Source: an uncultured Dehalococcoidales bacterium (GTDB lineage: Bacteria > Chloroflexota > Dehalococcoidia > Dehalococcoidales > BS750m-G39). From it: DNA of 63,350 nt. Position numbers and translations under genes: made by a program. Below are positions 18,415 through 28,650 of the stretch, one piece after another; the stretch's first letter is position 1; every line of letters begins with the position of its first letter. The DNA lies in the NCBI GenBank assembly GCA_964505425.1, contig CAZDHX010000001.1, positions 55,452 to 118,801 of the forward strand, written 5' to 3'. The notes below the pieces were generated by a model. That model was not told the origin of the DNA. It ran no database searches and worked only from the letters and a program-made list of their open reading frames with translations.

Positions 18415-21400
18415 TTATATCACCCCTTTTAATATACCCTCTAGCGTCTGTTCCCACCCCTTAACTCTCTCATAGCTCACCTTTATCTGGCTGGTGCCCA
18501 TCTTGACGCCATCGGGGAGGGGGAGCGCCCGCTGGTGGGGGGTGAATTTCATGCCGTTAAAGAGGCGGAGGATAATCTGCCCTTCCTCAGTGGATATAGA
18601 CTCAACGCCCGCCTTTGCCGCCAGAATCTTGACCTTGACGGCATAGAGCAGGTTTTTTACTTCCGCCGGCAGAGCGCCAAACCTATCGTTTAATTCTTCA
18701 GCTATAGCCTCTATCTGCTCAACTTTGTCCAGCTTGGCTAAGCTTTGATACAGGCTCAGTCTGGTGTCAAGGTCGGCGACATATTCCTCGGGGATAAAGG
18801 CTCTTAGGGGCAGGTCGATGGTCGGGGAGGGGAGGCGGCGTGGGGGTTCTTCTTTCCCGGCAATGCGGGCTTTCCTCTCCTCAACGGCGTCGGCGAGCAG
18901 TCGGCAGTAGAGGTTAAAGCCGACGGCGGTGATGAAGCCGCTCTGCCTCTGTCCCAGCAGAGTTCCCGCCCCCCTTATTTCCAGGTCTCTCATGGCGATG
19001 CCAAAGCCAGCTCCGAGCTCGGTGGCTTCAAAGATGGTCTTTAGCCTCTTCTCGGCGTTGGGCGTGAGGTACCTTCCCTTCTCGTAGAGAAAGTAGGCGT
19101 AGGCGTGGTTGGCGCCGCGCCCGACCCTGCCCCTTAGCTGATAGAGCTGGGTTAAGCCGAACCTGTCGGCTCGGTTGACAATGAGGGTGTTGACATTGGG
19201 CATATCAAGCCCCGACTCAATGATGGTGGTGCAGACCAGGAGGTCGCTTTTGCCGCGGGCGAAGTCAGCCATCACCACCTCCAGCTCGGCTTCGGGCATT
19301 TGACCGTGGGCGGTGGCGATTCTTGCCTCCGGTATAAGCTCGCGGAGCTTATCGGCGACATAGTTAATGCCCTGGACCCGATTATGGACGAAGAAGACCT
19401 GCCCGTTGCGCTCCAGCTCCCTTAGAATAGCCTCCCGGATTAGCCGCTCGTTATATTCAGCGACATAAGTCTTGATGGGGAGGCGCTGCTCGGGAGGGGT
19501 CTCCATGGTGCTCATGTCCCTCACCCCGACGAGGGACATGTGAAGGGTGCGGGGGATGGGGGTGGCGCTCAGGGTGAGGACATCAACCTCCTGCCTCAGT
19601 TTCTTAAGGTGCTCCTTGTGAGCGACGCCGAAGCGCTGCTCTTCATCAATAATGAGCAGCCCCATATTCTTGAAGACGACATCCTTTTGCAGCAGGCGGT
19701 GGGTACCGATGCAGATGTCAACGCTGCCCTCGGCTAGCCCCTTAACGATAGCCTCCTGCTCGCTGGGGGTCTTAAAGCGGCTCAGGACCTCAATTCTTAC
19801 CGGGAAGGCGTCCAGCCTCTGGCTGAAGGTGGCGAAGTGCTGCTGGGCGAGCACGGTGGTCGGCACCAGCACCGCTACCTGCTTGCCATCCGTCACTGCC
19901 TTAAAGGCGGCTCTGATGGCGACCTCGGTCTTGCCGTAGCCGACATCCCCGCACACCAGCCGGTCCATGGGCTTGGCTTTTTCCATATCCCCCTTCACTT
20001 CTTCCTGGACCTTTATCTGGTCCGGTGTCTCCACGTAGGGAAATGAAGCCTCAAGCTCCTGTTGCCACAGGCTGTCGGTGGAGAAGGCAAAACCGGGGAT
20101 AACCTCCCGGCTGGCATAGAGGGCAAGTAGTTCCTGGGCGACATCCTCAGCGGCTTCCTTCGCCCGCTGTTTGGTCTTGGTCCATTCTTGGGTGCCGAGG
20201 CGGTTCAGCAGCGGGGGGCGGTCGCTGGCGCCGATATAGCGGTTTATACGGTCTATCTGGTCGGTGGGGACATAGAGCTTATCGCCGGCGCCGTATTGCA
20301 GCCAGAGGTATTCCTTCTCGCTGTCCTCGGTGCTCATCCGGGTAACACCGGCAAATTTGCCAATCCCGTGCTCAACATGGACGACATAGTCGCCGGGGGC
20401 AAACTCAATAGCCAGTTTGTGGTGGGGTACAGCCCTTCTCTTGACCAGTCGGCGTTGCTTAATGAAGCCGAAGATTTCGGCATCGGTGAAAAGGGTGGTG
20501 TTATCCATCGCCCACCCCTCAGCCAGCAACCCCTGGACTAGTGCCAGCGAGCCGGGTGGGGGTATTTGCTTTATATCAGTGGTGAGGGAGGCAATAATAT
20601 CCTCCTGCTCAAGTAGCTCAGACAGTCGGCTGGCCTGGTGGCTGACGATGATGATTCTTTGTTTTTGCTTTAGTAGCTGTTTTACCTTGTTGACGAAAGC
20701 CGGTAGCTGCCCGCCGTAGCTGGGGGCGGTGCTAAAATTCAGGCGGTGGGCTTTTTCGCCAACACCCCAACTGGCGAGCATGAGGTGCGGCTTTTCTTTT
20801 ATCCCTGGCTCAAGCTCTTCCCAGGTGAAGTATGGTCTGGGAGTCTTCTCCGCCCGCAGCTCGCTGGCCTGGGCATCAAGCTCGTCTATTGCCTGCTTGA
20901 CAAGCCGGGGCTCATCAAGCACCAGCCGGCAGGGTGGATGTATGAAGCCGAAGATGCTGTCCTCTGGGGTGGTCAGCCGTTCGGTGGCGGGACCAATGGC
21001 AACGGACGATAGCTGACTCAGCGAGCGCTGGCTTGCCGGGTCAAAGCTCCGGATGCTTTCTATGGTGTTGCCGAGGAAATCAAGCCTGAACGGCAGGTCG
21101 CTGGTGGGGGGATAGATGTCAACAATGCCGCCGCGACGAGCCATCGTCCCCGGCATTTCCACCAGTTTTTCTAGCCTGTAGCCGATGGCTTGCCATTTTT
21201 CTATTAGCTCAAGCGGCTCAATAGTCGTCCCCGCTTTTAAGCTGTGGCCGGCGGCGGTGAAATCGCGGTAGGACGTTGTCTTCGGCATTATGGCGGGTGC
21301 CGAGGCAACAACGAGAGGGTTTTGGTCTCCATTTATATCGGCCAGCGCCGATAGCACCTGTACCCTTTCCTGCTCAGTAGAAGCGTCTGAGGCAATGCGC

Positions 21401-21672
21401 TCGTAGGGGAAGGCATCTGGCTCGGGGAGAATTTTTATCTGGCTTGAGTTGCTCCAGGCGAGTAGCTGCTCATAGAGCCTTCTTGATTTTTCCGGCTGCG
21501 CCGTGATTACTACCATCGGCAGTGGCATAGACTTATATAGGGCAGCGATAAGATACGGCTTGGCGGCATCAATGACTATTACTCCGGTGCTGGCATTATC
21601 TCGCAGCTCATCTAAAAGCTGGCGGTAGGCGGGCATCTCAGTTATAAGATTGAGTAGCTTGGTTAAATCCAT
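18415..21672 (-). CDS. mfd: Transcription-repair coupling factor
   Basis: CarD-like GDYVVHVEHGIG, GDVGYGKTEVA, IIDEEQRFG, SATPIPRT, QLRGRVGR, DLEIRGAG, TRCF tail. The ORF-track start GTGCTAAAAT is itself an extended -10, so the start was moved to ATG 21672. Confidence 0.97.
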   Translation of the reverse strand: MDLTKLLNLITEMPAYRQLLDELRDNASTGVIVIDAAKPYLIAALYKSMPLPMVVITAQPEKSRRLYEQLLAWSNSSQIKILPEPDAFPYERIASDASTEQERVQVLSALADINGDQNPLVVASAPAIMPKTTSYRDFTAAGHSLKAGTTIEPLELIEKWQAIGYRLEKLVEMPGTMARRGGIVDIYPPTSDLPFRLDFLGNTIESIRSFDPASQRSLSQLSSVAIGPATERLTTPEDSIFGFIHPPCRLVLDEPRLVKQAIDELDAQASELRAEKTPRPYFTWEELEPGIKEKPHLMLASWGVGEKAHRLNFSTAPSYGGQLPAFVNKVKQLLKQKQRIIIVSHQASRLSELLEQEDIIASLTTDIKQIPPPGSLALVQGLLAEGWAMDNTTLFTDAEIFGFIKQRRLVKRRAVPHHKLAIEFAPGDYVVHVEHGIGKFAGVTRMSTEDSEKEYLWLQYGAGDKLYVPTDQIDRINRYIGASDRPPLLNRLGTQEWTKTKQRAKEAAEDVAQELLALYASREVIPGFAFSTDSLWQQELEASFPYVETPDQIKVQEEVKGDMEKAKPMDRLVCGDVGYGKTEVAIRAAFKAVTDGKQVAVLVPTTVLAQQHFATFSQRLDAFPVRIEVLSRFKTPSEQEAIVKGLAEGSVDICIGTHRLLQKDVVFKNMGLLIIDEEQRFGVAHKEHLKKLRQEVDVLTLSATPIPRTLHMSLVGVRDMSTMETPPEQRLPIKTYVAEYNERLIREAILRELERNGQVFFVHNRVQGINYVADKLRELIPEARIATAHGQMPEAELEVVMADFARGKSDLLVCTTIIESGLDMPNVNTLIVNRADRFGLTQLYQLRGRVGRGANHAYAYFLYEKGRYLTPNAEKRLKTIFEATELGAGFGIAMRDLEIRGAGTLLGQRQSGFITAVGFNLYCRLLADAVEERKARIAGKEEPPRRLPSPTIDLPLRAFIPEEYVADLDTRLSLYQSLAKLDKVEQIEAIAEELNDRFGALPAEVKNLLYAVKVKILAAKAGVESISTEEGQIILRLFNGMKFTPHQRALPLPDGVKMGTSQIKVSYERVKGWEQTLEGILKGVI

Positions 21673-21863
21673 ATTTTCTTCCCCAAACACCTCTAGGGCT
21701 AGCCGATACGGCCTAGCCCTCCAGAAAAATTTTAGCACAGGCGGGGGTAGGGGGCAATTAAGCTTGTTCGGAAACCTATCTGTGGGGGAAAACGCTCGTG
21801 TGTGATTGCAGGTATCAAGTCAAGGCAAAACACGAAGATTTGCTGAAGGTGTGGTATCTGGAA

Positions 21864-22520
21864 TTAACTGAATTCCATGCTTAGTAAAAACTGATTATTA
21901 CCAATGCGTTTTAGATTGTTGAACAAATCCTGCGAATTTAATGCCAGCCCGAAATTCTCTCTGGTTTCGGCTACCGTTGTCGTATAGAAGTCATCACGCA
22001 ACGAGGCGGTGGCATCATGCAGAAGTATCACATCCCAGCCCCTGTTAAAGGCATCCCGTAGCGAAGACTCGACGCATATAGAAGTGTCAATGCCGGTAAA
22101 TATAATTGTGTCAATACCCAGTGACCTTAGCCAGAGTTCGAACTCAGTATCCTGAAAGATCGAATCGCGTCTCTTCTGAACAACAAGGTCATCGCCTTGA
22201 GGCTGGAGGGCATCAATGAATTCGCTATCCCACGTTCCACGGACACACAAGGGCAGCTTCCTGATACGCTCACGCCGTTTGCTTGGCAGGATTTTATGTG
22301 ACCTATCAAGCATATCTATACCGGATTTCTCGCGTAACGCCTGTGAAAAGAACACTGGTATCTTTAACGACTTTGCTTTGTGGTAAACGTCTTGTATCAC
22401 AGGCACCACCTTCTGATACCTGGATATATCAAAGCCGAGTTTATCAAACGAGCCTCCGGTAGCCACAAACCCATTCTGAATATCTGTGATTGTCAGCGCT
22501 GGTCTGATTTTGTACGCCAT
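21864..22520 (-). CDS. Isochorismatase-family cysteine amidohydrolase, RutB-like
   Basis: D-K-C triad (TDIQNGF / VQKRR / cis-peptide loop TGIDTSICVESSLRDA). GGSFDKLGFDIS resembles the RutB GGYLDLAGFDVS segment. Confidence 0.85.
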   Translation of the reverse strand: MAYKIRPALTITDIQNGFVATGGSFDKLGFDISRYQKVVPVIQDVYHKAKSLKIPVFFSQALREKSGIDMLDRSHKILPSKRRERIRKLPLCVRGTWDSEFIDALQPQGDDLVVQKRRDSIFQDTEFELWLRSLGIDTIIFTGIDTSICVESSLRDAFNRGWDVILLHDATASLRDDFYTTTVAETRENFGLALNSQDLFNNLKRIGNNQFLLSMEFS

Positions 22521-22578
22521 GGCATTCTCCTCAGCATTGTAGCAGAAAGCACGTGGAAACCAAAGCGTGATTACTTCC

Positions 22579-24255
22579 TCAGATTCCAGCTTTTTGCAAG
22601 AATCGGCTTATGGTCGACCTCTCATCTTTATTCAGCAGCCCATTTTCATAGGCGACTGAGTCGAGGAAGAACTGAATATGAGGGGGGGCTTGCCATAATT
22701 CACGATTGGCATAGCGATACCCGTAGCGGGTAGAGCTGGCCAGCGTCTCTTTGCAGACTTCCTCACTATCGTAGTCAGCATTAGCCGTTAGCTCGGGAGT
22801 AAAACCATTCCTACGCGCTATAGCGTCAAGGGTATCATGAACTCCCGTGCTGTGCTGAGCCGCATTCTTGGCTCGGTAGGCGAATTCCTCCGACACTCCG
22901 ATTTTTACGGCTGCTTCTCGATGGGGATGCTTGCCCATGCTATCTTCGGCAGATTTTATCTTCAAATGTGGTGAGACGCTCATCGCCAGTCTAACCACCT
23001 CAGTATCGCAATAGGGAAACAATTGCTCTGAGCCATGTGCCAGCGCAATCTTGTTTTCTCTATCGAAGGTTTCTATATCACCCCTCTGTAAATCATCCCA
23101 CATTCTTCTTTGCAGACCCTCATAACCCTCGGCAGCGATGACCTTGGGGTACCAGGTATAACCGCCCCATAATTCGTCTGGGCCCTGACCGGATAAGACT
23201 GTGTGTATGTCATCCTGGCTGGCTAACTCCAGTGCGGCATAGATTCCGACGCCGGCTTCTATCTGCACCATGTCCCTCTCTTCAACGGCTTGAGCTACCT
23301 TAGGGATGTAAGATTCAATCTCGTCCGGGTTTATTGTCCGCACTTTGTGACTGAGACCGACTTCCCGGGTGAAGTGTTTCGCATATTCAATATCGTCGGC
23401 ACCATCTAGGCCGACTGTATATGCTGTCACCTTAGTGCCTCCCTCAGCCGCTACTTCAGCAACCAGTTTAGCCATCAGACAACTATCTACCCCTCCTGAA
23501 ATAAGTACCCCCACATTTTTAAGGTTATGCATCCTTTTTCTGACCGCACTACCCATCAAATCGCAGTATCCGTCAACGGCGGCAGTCATGTCATCTATTT
23601 CAACCTCAATTCCCATCTGTTGCAGGGAGCATACATCCTCAAACTTAATACCGTTCTTATCAAGTGAAGCGAGTATTCCTGCCCGTAATGGTTTTACATC
23701 GTGCAGACCTATATCCCAGAGCGCCTTTTTCAGCGGGGAAAAAGCCGTCAGCTTACCATTTTCAGCATAGAAAGCTGGCCTGAGACCAGCCGTGTCTCTT
23801 ATCATAATGGTTTGGGTGCCGTCGCTCGCTACCAGGAAGTAGGCCCCATCTAGAATCGGTAGTATCTGTTTCACGGCTAGACTCAGGTCGCCCTGATATT
23901 TTTCCTCTAAGAGGTGGGCAACTACCTCAGATGCGCTTCCCAGATGAATGTCATGCCTTGTTTCCAGGTTCGCTCTCAACTCCTGAATATTGTATAAATT
24001 ACCTTCGTATAGCACCACCAAACTACGGCTGCAATCAAAGGCTGGGTCTTCTGGGGACTCTTTTGCGGCAAATGATATCTTCCCCAGTGCCTGACCGTAT
24101 ATAGACTCATGGTCATTATGCCAGGCTTTTATTGCTCCATTGCTGATAATCCAAGACTTACCATGACCGTTGTAGCCCAGCTTATTCATCATGGAATGTA
24201 CTTGCTCGGTAACTTCGTCTCCATCTCGGTTAATAACACCGAATACAGGACTCAT
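22579..24255 (-). CDS. Asparagine synthase-like ATP-dependent amide ligase with a degenerate glutaminase domain
   Basis: Intact SGGVDS PP-loop and SGQGPDELWGGY. N-terminus MSPVFG lacks Cys1, and the HRGPD, NGEIYN and SDTEV equivalents are altered. Confidence 0.8.
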   Translation of the reverse strand: MSPVFGVINRDGDEVTEQVHSMMNKLGYNGHGKSWIISNGAIKAWHNDHESIYGQALGKISFAAKESPEDPAFDCSRSLVVLYEGNLYNIQELRANLETRHDIHLGSASEVVAHLLEEKYQGDLSLAVKQILPILDGAYFLVASDGTQTIMIRDTAGLRPAFYAENGKLTAFSPLKKALWDIGLHDVKPLRAGILASLDKNGIKFEDVCSLQQMGIEVEIDDMTAAVDGYCDLMGSAVRKRMHNLKNVGVLISGGVDSCLMAKLVAEVAAEGGTKVTAYTVGLDGADDIEYAKHFTREVGLSHKVRTINPDEIESYIPKVAQAVEERDMVQIEAGVGIYAALELASQDDIHTVLSGQGPDELWGGYTWYPKVIAAEGYEGLQRRMWDDLQRGDIETFDRENKIALAHGSEQLFPYCDTEVVRLAMSVSPHLKIKSAEDSMGKHPHREAAVKIGVSEEFAYRAKNAAQHSTGVHDTLDAIARRNGFTPELTANADYDSEEVCKETLASSTRYGYRYANRELWQAPPHIQFFLDSVAYENGLLNKDERSTISRFLQKAGI

Positions 24256-24591
24256 ACAAAATTCCTCCTACTATACAATTTCTGTGCTCAGGTTTGTGTA
24301 ATAACGACCTTTCTTAATCATTCTCTCCAATAATAAAAAGCATGCTATGATGCAGCTTGACGTTATTCGGGGATAGAAAATTACGAGGGGAGAATCTTTG
24401 GTTGTGGACTGAGGTGTTGAGAAGTTAATTACACCACGGGTTTTTAAACCATTATGCATACTATATTAGCATTTTATTTCTGTAGAGTCAACAGGGGTGG
24501 TTTATGGCGCGCTCCGGAATGTCCGGAGAGGGGGTTTCCCAAAATCTGTTACAATGCATATAATTTACGAAGAGGAGCGAGTGATACCCCA

Positions 24592-25242
24592 ATGCAGGAA
24601 AAGATAAGGCAAATTCTTGACCTCTTGAAGAGAGAATATGGTGTTCCTGAGCAGCAACATCGCCCTGACCCCGTTTCAGTCTTGGTCCGAACCATCCTTT
24701 CTCAAAATACCTCGGATACAAACTCCAGGGCTGCCTTTCAGTCATTACTGGCTTCCTTTGATAGTTGGGAGGACATTGGTACTGCCGACATTAGTACTAT
24801 TGCCAATTGCATTAGGTGTGGTGGGTTGGGAACGATAAAGGCACAGCGGCTCAAACAGGCGCTCGAGGAGATTATACGGGAGCGAGGGCGGCTTGAACTG
24901 GATTTCCTGACTCAGCTTACCCCGTCTGGTGCCGAGGACTGGCTTCAGAGACTACCCGGAGTGGGACCGAAAACGGCACGTTGCGTATTACTTTTTTCAC
25001 TGGGGACTCCGGTTCTGCCCGTGGATACACACATCCTGCGGGTGACCAAGCGATTAGGGCTAATCGGACCCAAAGCCTCACCACGTGAGGCGCATTATGC
25101 GCTGGGGGGAGCTGTCTCGCCGGAGGATATCTATCCGTTTCACATCCTTGTAATAGAACATGGGAGAACGACGTGTCGGGCGCGGTACCCTGACTGCCAG
25201 GCTTGCGTCCTGAGAAAGATGTGCCCGAGCTACGGCCTTTGA
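24592..25242 (+). CDS. nth: Endonuclease III family HhH-GPD glycosylase with a 4Fe-4S motif
   Basis: ILSQNTSD, LPGVGPKTA, PVDTHI.RV..RLG, C-x6-C-x2-C-x5-C. Confidence 0.85.
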   Translation: MQEKIRQILDLLKREYGVPEQQHRPDPVSVLVRTILSQNTSDTNSRAAFQSLLASFDSWEDIGTADISTIANCIRCGGLGTIKAQRLKQALEEIIRERGRLELDFLTQLTPSGAEDWLQRLPGVGPKTARCVLLFSLGTPVLPVDTHILRVTKRLGLIGPKASPREAHYALGGAVSPEDIYPFHILVIEHGRTTCRARYPDCQACVLRKMCPSYGL

Positions 25243-25272
25243 ACAGGCAAACACTGGTTGGTAAGCCAGCCT

Positions 25273-26514
25273 CTACTCAGCTCTTAGCGCTTCAATCGGG
25301 TTCAGGCGGGAGGCATTCCACGCCGGATAGAAGCCAAAGAACAGACCAATGCCAATCGATACCGAGACGGCAAGGATAACTATATCAGCGGTAACTACCG
25401 TCGTCATTAGTCCCATGCTGGAGACAAACCAGGCAACTAGCCAGCCCAGGATAACCCCGATAATACCCCCGGCAAAGGTCAGGAAGGCGGCCTCAATGAG
25501 AAACTGGGTCCATATGTCTCGCTCTCTGGCGCCAAGTGCCTTGCGGATGCCTATCTCCCTGGTTCTTTCCAGCACCGAGACCAGCATGATGTTCATCACG
25601 CCGATGCCCCCCACCAGCAGCGAGATGGCAGCAATAGCTCCCAGCAGAAGGGTCATGGTGCCAATCGTTTCGGAGAGGGCGCTGGCTATCTCCTCCGTGG
25701 ACATGATATTGAAATCGTTATCAGCGGAGGCGGCAAGCTTATGGCGGGTGCGGAGCAGGCTGGTGATATTATCAATGACATTCTGCGTCTGCGACTGGTC
25801 GCTTACCGTCAGGGATATGGAGGACACGATGCGACCGCCCTGGGGAGTCCGCGGCTGGGCTACCGCCTGCTGCATGGCAGCCAGCGGGATATAGACGGCC
25901 TCATCTGGGGAGTTAAACCTCGTCCCCTTGCTCTCCAGAACACCGATGACATGCACGATGATATTACCCATACGCATCTGTTGCCCTATAGGATTAGTGC
26001 TGCCAAACAGGGTTTCAGCCACACTGGCACCGAGCACGGCTACCTTGGTACCGCGCTGATAATCCTGCTCCGAGAAGGAAGCGCCGGTGCCAACCTTCAA
26101 GTTGTTTATCTGCATATATTCAGAGGTTATCCCGGTGACCGTAGCACTCGTATTCTCACCGCCCACCACCAGTTGCAGGCTGCTTGAGTAAGAAGACGCC
26201 ACCGCGGAAACATAGGGGACCTGTTCTGATATTGCCTCGGCATCCTCCATGGTCAGTGTTTCCGAGGCGCTACTTCTAACACCGCCAAAGGTGAACGAGC
26301 CGGGGCGGATGCTTACCAGGTTTGACCCCATTGCTTCAATGTTGGAGATAATCTGTGCCTCGGCACCCCGGCCAACGGACATGAGGCTAATCACGGCGGC
26401 GACGCCAATGACAATCCCCAGCATGGTTAGGAAGCTACGGAGTTTATGAGTGACCACGCCAACCCAGGCCGTCTCTAGGGGCTCTAGCCACTTTTTCAGT
26501 TGCTCTTTTTTCAT
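25273..26514 (-). CDS. MacB/FtsX-family ABC transporter permease
   Basis: LRSFLTMLGIVIGV, GGIGVMNIML.SV.ERTREIGIRKALGA, GFYPA..ASRLNPIEALR.E. Confidence 0.95.
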   Translation of the reverse strand: MKKEQLKKWLEPLETAWVGVVTHKLRSFLTMLGIVIGVAAVISLMSVGRGAEAQIISNIEAMGSNLVSIRPGSFTFGGVRSSASETLTMEDAEAISEQVPYVSAVASSYSSSLQLVVGGENTSATVTGITSEYMQINNLKVGTGASFSEQDYQRGTKVAVLGASVAETLFGSTNPIGQQMRMGNIIVHVIGVLESKGTRFNSPDEAVYIPLAAMQQAVAQPRTPQGGRIVSSISLTVSDQSQTQNVIDNITSLLRTRHKLAASADNDFNIMSTEEIASALSETIGTMTLLLGAIAAISLLVGGIGVMNIMLVSVLERTREIGIRKALGARERDIWTQFLIEAAFLTFAGGIIGVILGWLVAWFVSSMGLMTTVVTADIVILAVSVSIGIGLFFGFYPAWNASRLNPIEALRAE

Positions 26515-27179
26515 ACCGTCTCCTCCGACACCACCTCCCCATCCTTGATATGGATGATACGCTGGCAGTGGTGAGCAATGTTGGCGTCATGAGTTATCAT
26601 GACCAGCGTAATACCCTGCTCGGCGTGCAAAGAGGTGAGGATGGAGATTATCTCCTCACCAGAATGGCTGTCCAGGTTGCCGGTAGGTTCATCAGCCAGG
26701 AGGAGGGGAGGGTTCTTTACCAGAGCCCGGGCGATAGCAACCCTTTGCTGCTCTCCACCGGAAAGCTCGGTAGGGCGGTGGTCGGCTCGCTCAGAGAGTC
26801 CCACCTCAGCCAGTGCCCCCAGAGCCCGTGAACGGTCACTTCCGCCAGCATATCTCATACCAAGCTCAACATTAGCCACTGCCGAGAGCCTCGGCAGCAG
26901 GTTAAAAGTCTGAAAGACGAAGCCAATCTTCTGAGCCCTGACTTGAGCCAGTTCACCACTGTTGAGTTGGCTGACTTCTTTGCCCTCCAGATAGTAGCTA
27001 CCGGATGTTGGCTTGTCCAGGCAACCAATCAGGTTGAGCAGGGTTGTCTTGCCCGAGCCGGAGGGACCCATAATTGCCACCAGTTCGCCCTTTTTAATGT
27101 TGAGGCTTACCCCTCTGAGCACGGTCAGCTCTCTCTCACCCATGGGATAGACCTTGGTTATATCTTGTAATCGAATCAC
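26511..27179 (-). CDS. MacB/LolD-type ABC transporter ATP-binding protein
   Basis: [38 protein letters not shown]. Confidence 0.96.
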   Translation of the reverse strand: MIRLQDITKVYPMGERELTVLRGVSLNIKKGELVAIMGPSGSGKTTLLNLIGCLDKPTSGSYYLEGKEVSQLNSGELAQVRAQKIGFVFQTFNLLPRLSAVANVELGMRYAGGSDRSRALGALAEVGLSERADHRPTELSGGEQQRVAIARALVKNPPLLLADEPTGNLDSHSGEEIISILTSLHAEQGITLVMITHDANIAHHCQRIIHIKDGEVVSEETV

Positions 27180-28531
27180 TACCGCGGCCCTCCCATTCCC
27201 GGTATTATTACTCTAGTTGGTCCTCCTTGTTGCTCGTTTGTTGTCGTGGTGGTAGTTGTCCCCTCGGGAACGACTATCGTCTCGCCCTCGCTGAGTCCCC
27301 CGGTTACCTCGGTATATTGCCAGTTGCTGATGCCCGTCTGTATTTCGCGATCTTCGGTAGCACCCTCCAGCAACATGACCTGGACGTATGTCTTTCCTCC
27401 TTGACTGGTAATCGCCGTATTGGGGACCAGCAGAACATCGCTCCGCTGTTGCACTATTATGCTAACAGTTACCGTTAGCCCTTCCCTGAGTTGAAAGTCT
27501 TCGAGCGACTCTATTTCAACCTTGACTTTGTAATTCACTACGCCCGAGGTAATGGTAGCCGTTGGCGAGATGAAGGTGACCTTAGCTGGCAGGGTGAGTG
27601 TTGGCATGGCATCTATCTGCACCGTGGCGTCTCCCCCCAGCTTTAGCTGAAAGATATCCATCTCATTGACCATGAGCTCGGCTTCAAACTTGGTGGGGTC
27701 AACAAGGCGCACCGCCACTACGCCCCTCTGTACCTCATCGCCACCACTGACGTTTACAATGGTAATGAAACCGGCAAATGGAGCAACTATTACCGCCTCT
27801 TGTAGTTTTGCTTGAGCTTGAGCCAGGTTATCATTAGCCGTATCTAGAGCTACTTGGGCTGTCTCCATATCCAGCTGGGCGGCTCTCAGTGTCCAGAAGT
27901 CGCCAATACTAAGAATCTCTGTCCCAAATAAGTCCACCCCCTGTCCCAGATCTAGCCTCTGTGTGGCCTCGGTCAATTTGTCCCCGGCTTGAGTCAGCCC
28001 CTTCCACACATCCCAGTATTGCTCAGAACTCAATCCTATCTCCAGTGCTTCAAGAGCCTTGTTTAACTCCCGTTTGGCATCAAGAATGGACTCCAAGGCA
28101 TAAGGAACATCAAAAGCTAAGGTTTTATAGCTATAGGGATAGGTTATCTTTCTATAGCTGTTCGCCGCCTTTTCCAGGGCAATCTCACTCGTTTTGACCT
28201 CTCGCTCGGCTGTCGTTACTGCTTGCTCCAGATAGACAGTGTCGGCTTTAACCAGCACCTGCCCCGCTTCAACAGAATCGCCCTCTTCCACCAGCACTTC
28301 CGCCACCGTCAGTGGTTCTTGCGTCGAGGTTCCGGATATCTGAAAAGCGAGGTCTTGGTAATTGGCATATGCCAGATTACCGCTGGCAGTAATGTCTACT
28401 GTCAGGTCTCCTCGCTGCACCGTTACCAGTTGGTCCTCTGAAATCGTGGCCGTCTTTTTAGCACAGCTTAGCGGGGGAATAACGATAACGCACAGGATAA
28501 GAGCTATTAGACCGAGCTTTAAGATTTTCAT
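27179..28531 (-). CDS. MacA/HlyD-type periplasmic adaptor, probable lipoprotein
   Basis: Signal peptide ending LSC, barrel-sandwich V.EGDSV.AGQVL, coiled coil, APF.G, DVLLVPN.AI. ATG 28531 follows AGGAGAGG. Confidence 0.9.
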   Translation of the reverse strand: MKILKLGLIALILCVIVIPPLSCAKKTATISEDQLVTVQRGDLTVDITASGNLAYANYQDLAFQISGTSTQEPLTVAEVLVEEGDSVEAGQVLVKADTVYLEQAVTTAEREVKTSEIALEKAANSYRKITYPYSYKTLAFDVPYALESILDAKRELNKALEALEIGLSSEQYWDVWKGLTQAGDKLTEATQRLDLGQGVDLFGTEILSIGDFWTLRAAQLDMETAQVALDTANDNLAQAQAKLQEAVIVAPFAGFITIVNVSGGDEVQRGVVAVRLVDPTKFEAELMVNEMDIFQLKLGGDATVQIDAMPTLTLPAKVTFISPTATITSGVVNYKVKVEIESLEDFQLREGLTVTVSIIVQQRSDVLLVPNTAITSQGGKTYVQVMLLEGATEDREIQTGISNWQYTEVTGGLSEGETIVVPEGTTTTTTTNEQQGGPTRVIIPGMGGPR

Positions 28532-28611
28532 TTTATGTCCACCTCTCCTTTTCCTCTCCTTTACCACTGATAGGACGGAAGACATCGTTTTCCTGATTAG
28601 TATGACAGGGG

Positions 28612-28631
28612 ATTATTAAGAAATTATTAAG
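28612..28631 (-). promoter_or_regulatory. OmpR-type direct-repeat operator upstream of the exporter operon
   Basis: ATTATTAAG at 28612 and 28623 (11-bp period); minus-strand TGtCATACT -10 lies 11 nt downstream. Confidence 0.65.
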
Positions 28632-28650
28632 ATTGACAGTGCCCTAAGAG

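Noticed and set aside
24271-24459. 62-aa ORF upstream of the AsnB-like gene as a leader peptide or RiPP precursor
   Set aside because: No convincing RBS, no recognisable leader/core pattern, and it spans an AT-rich divergent promoter region.
24592-25242. nth as part of the AsnB/RutB system
   Set aside because: It is divergently oriented, has an ordinary intact EndoIII motif set, and shows no functional link.
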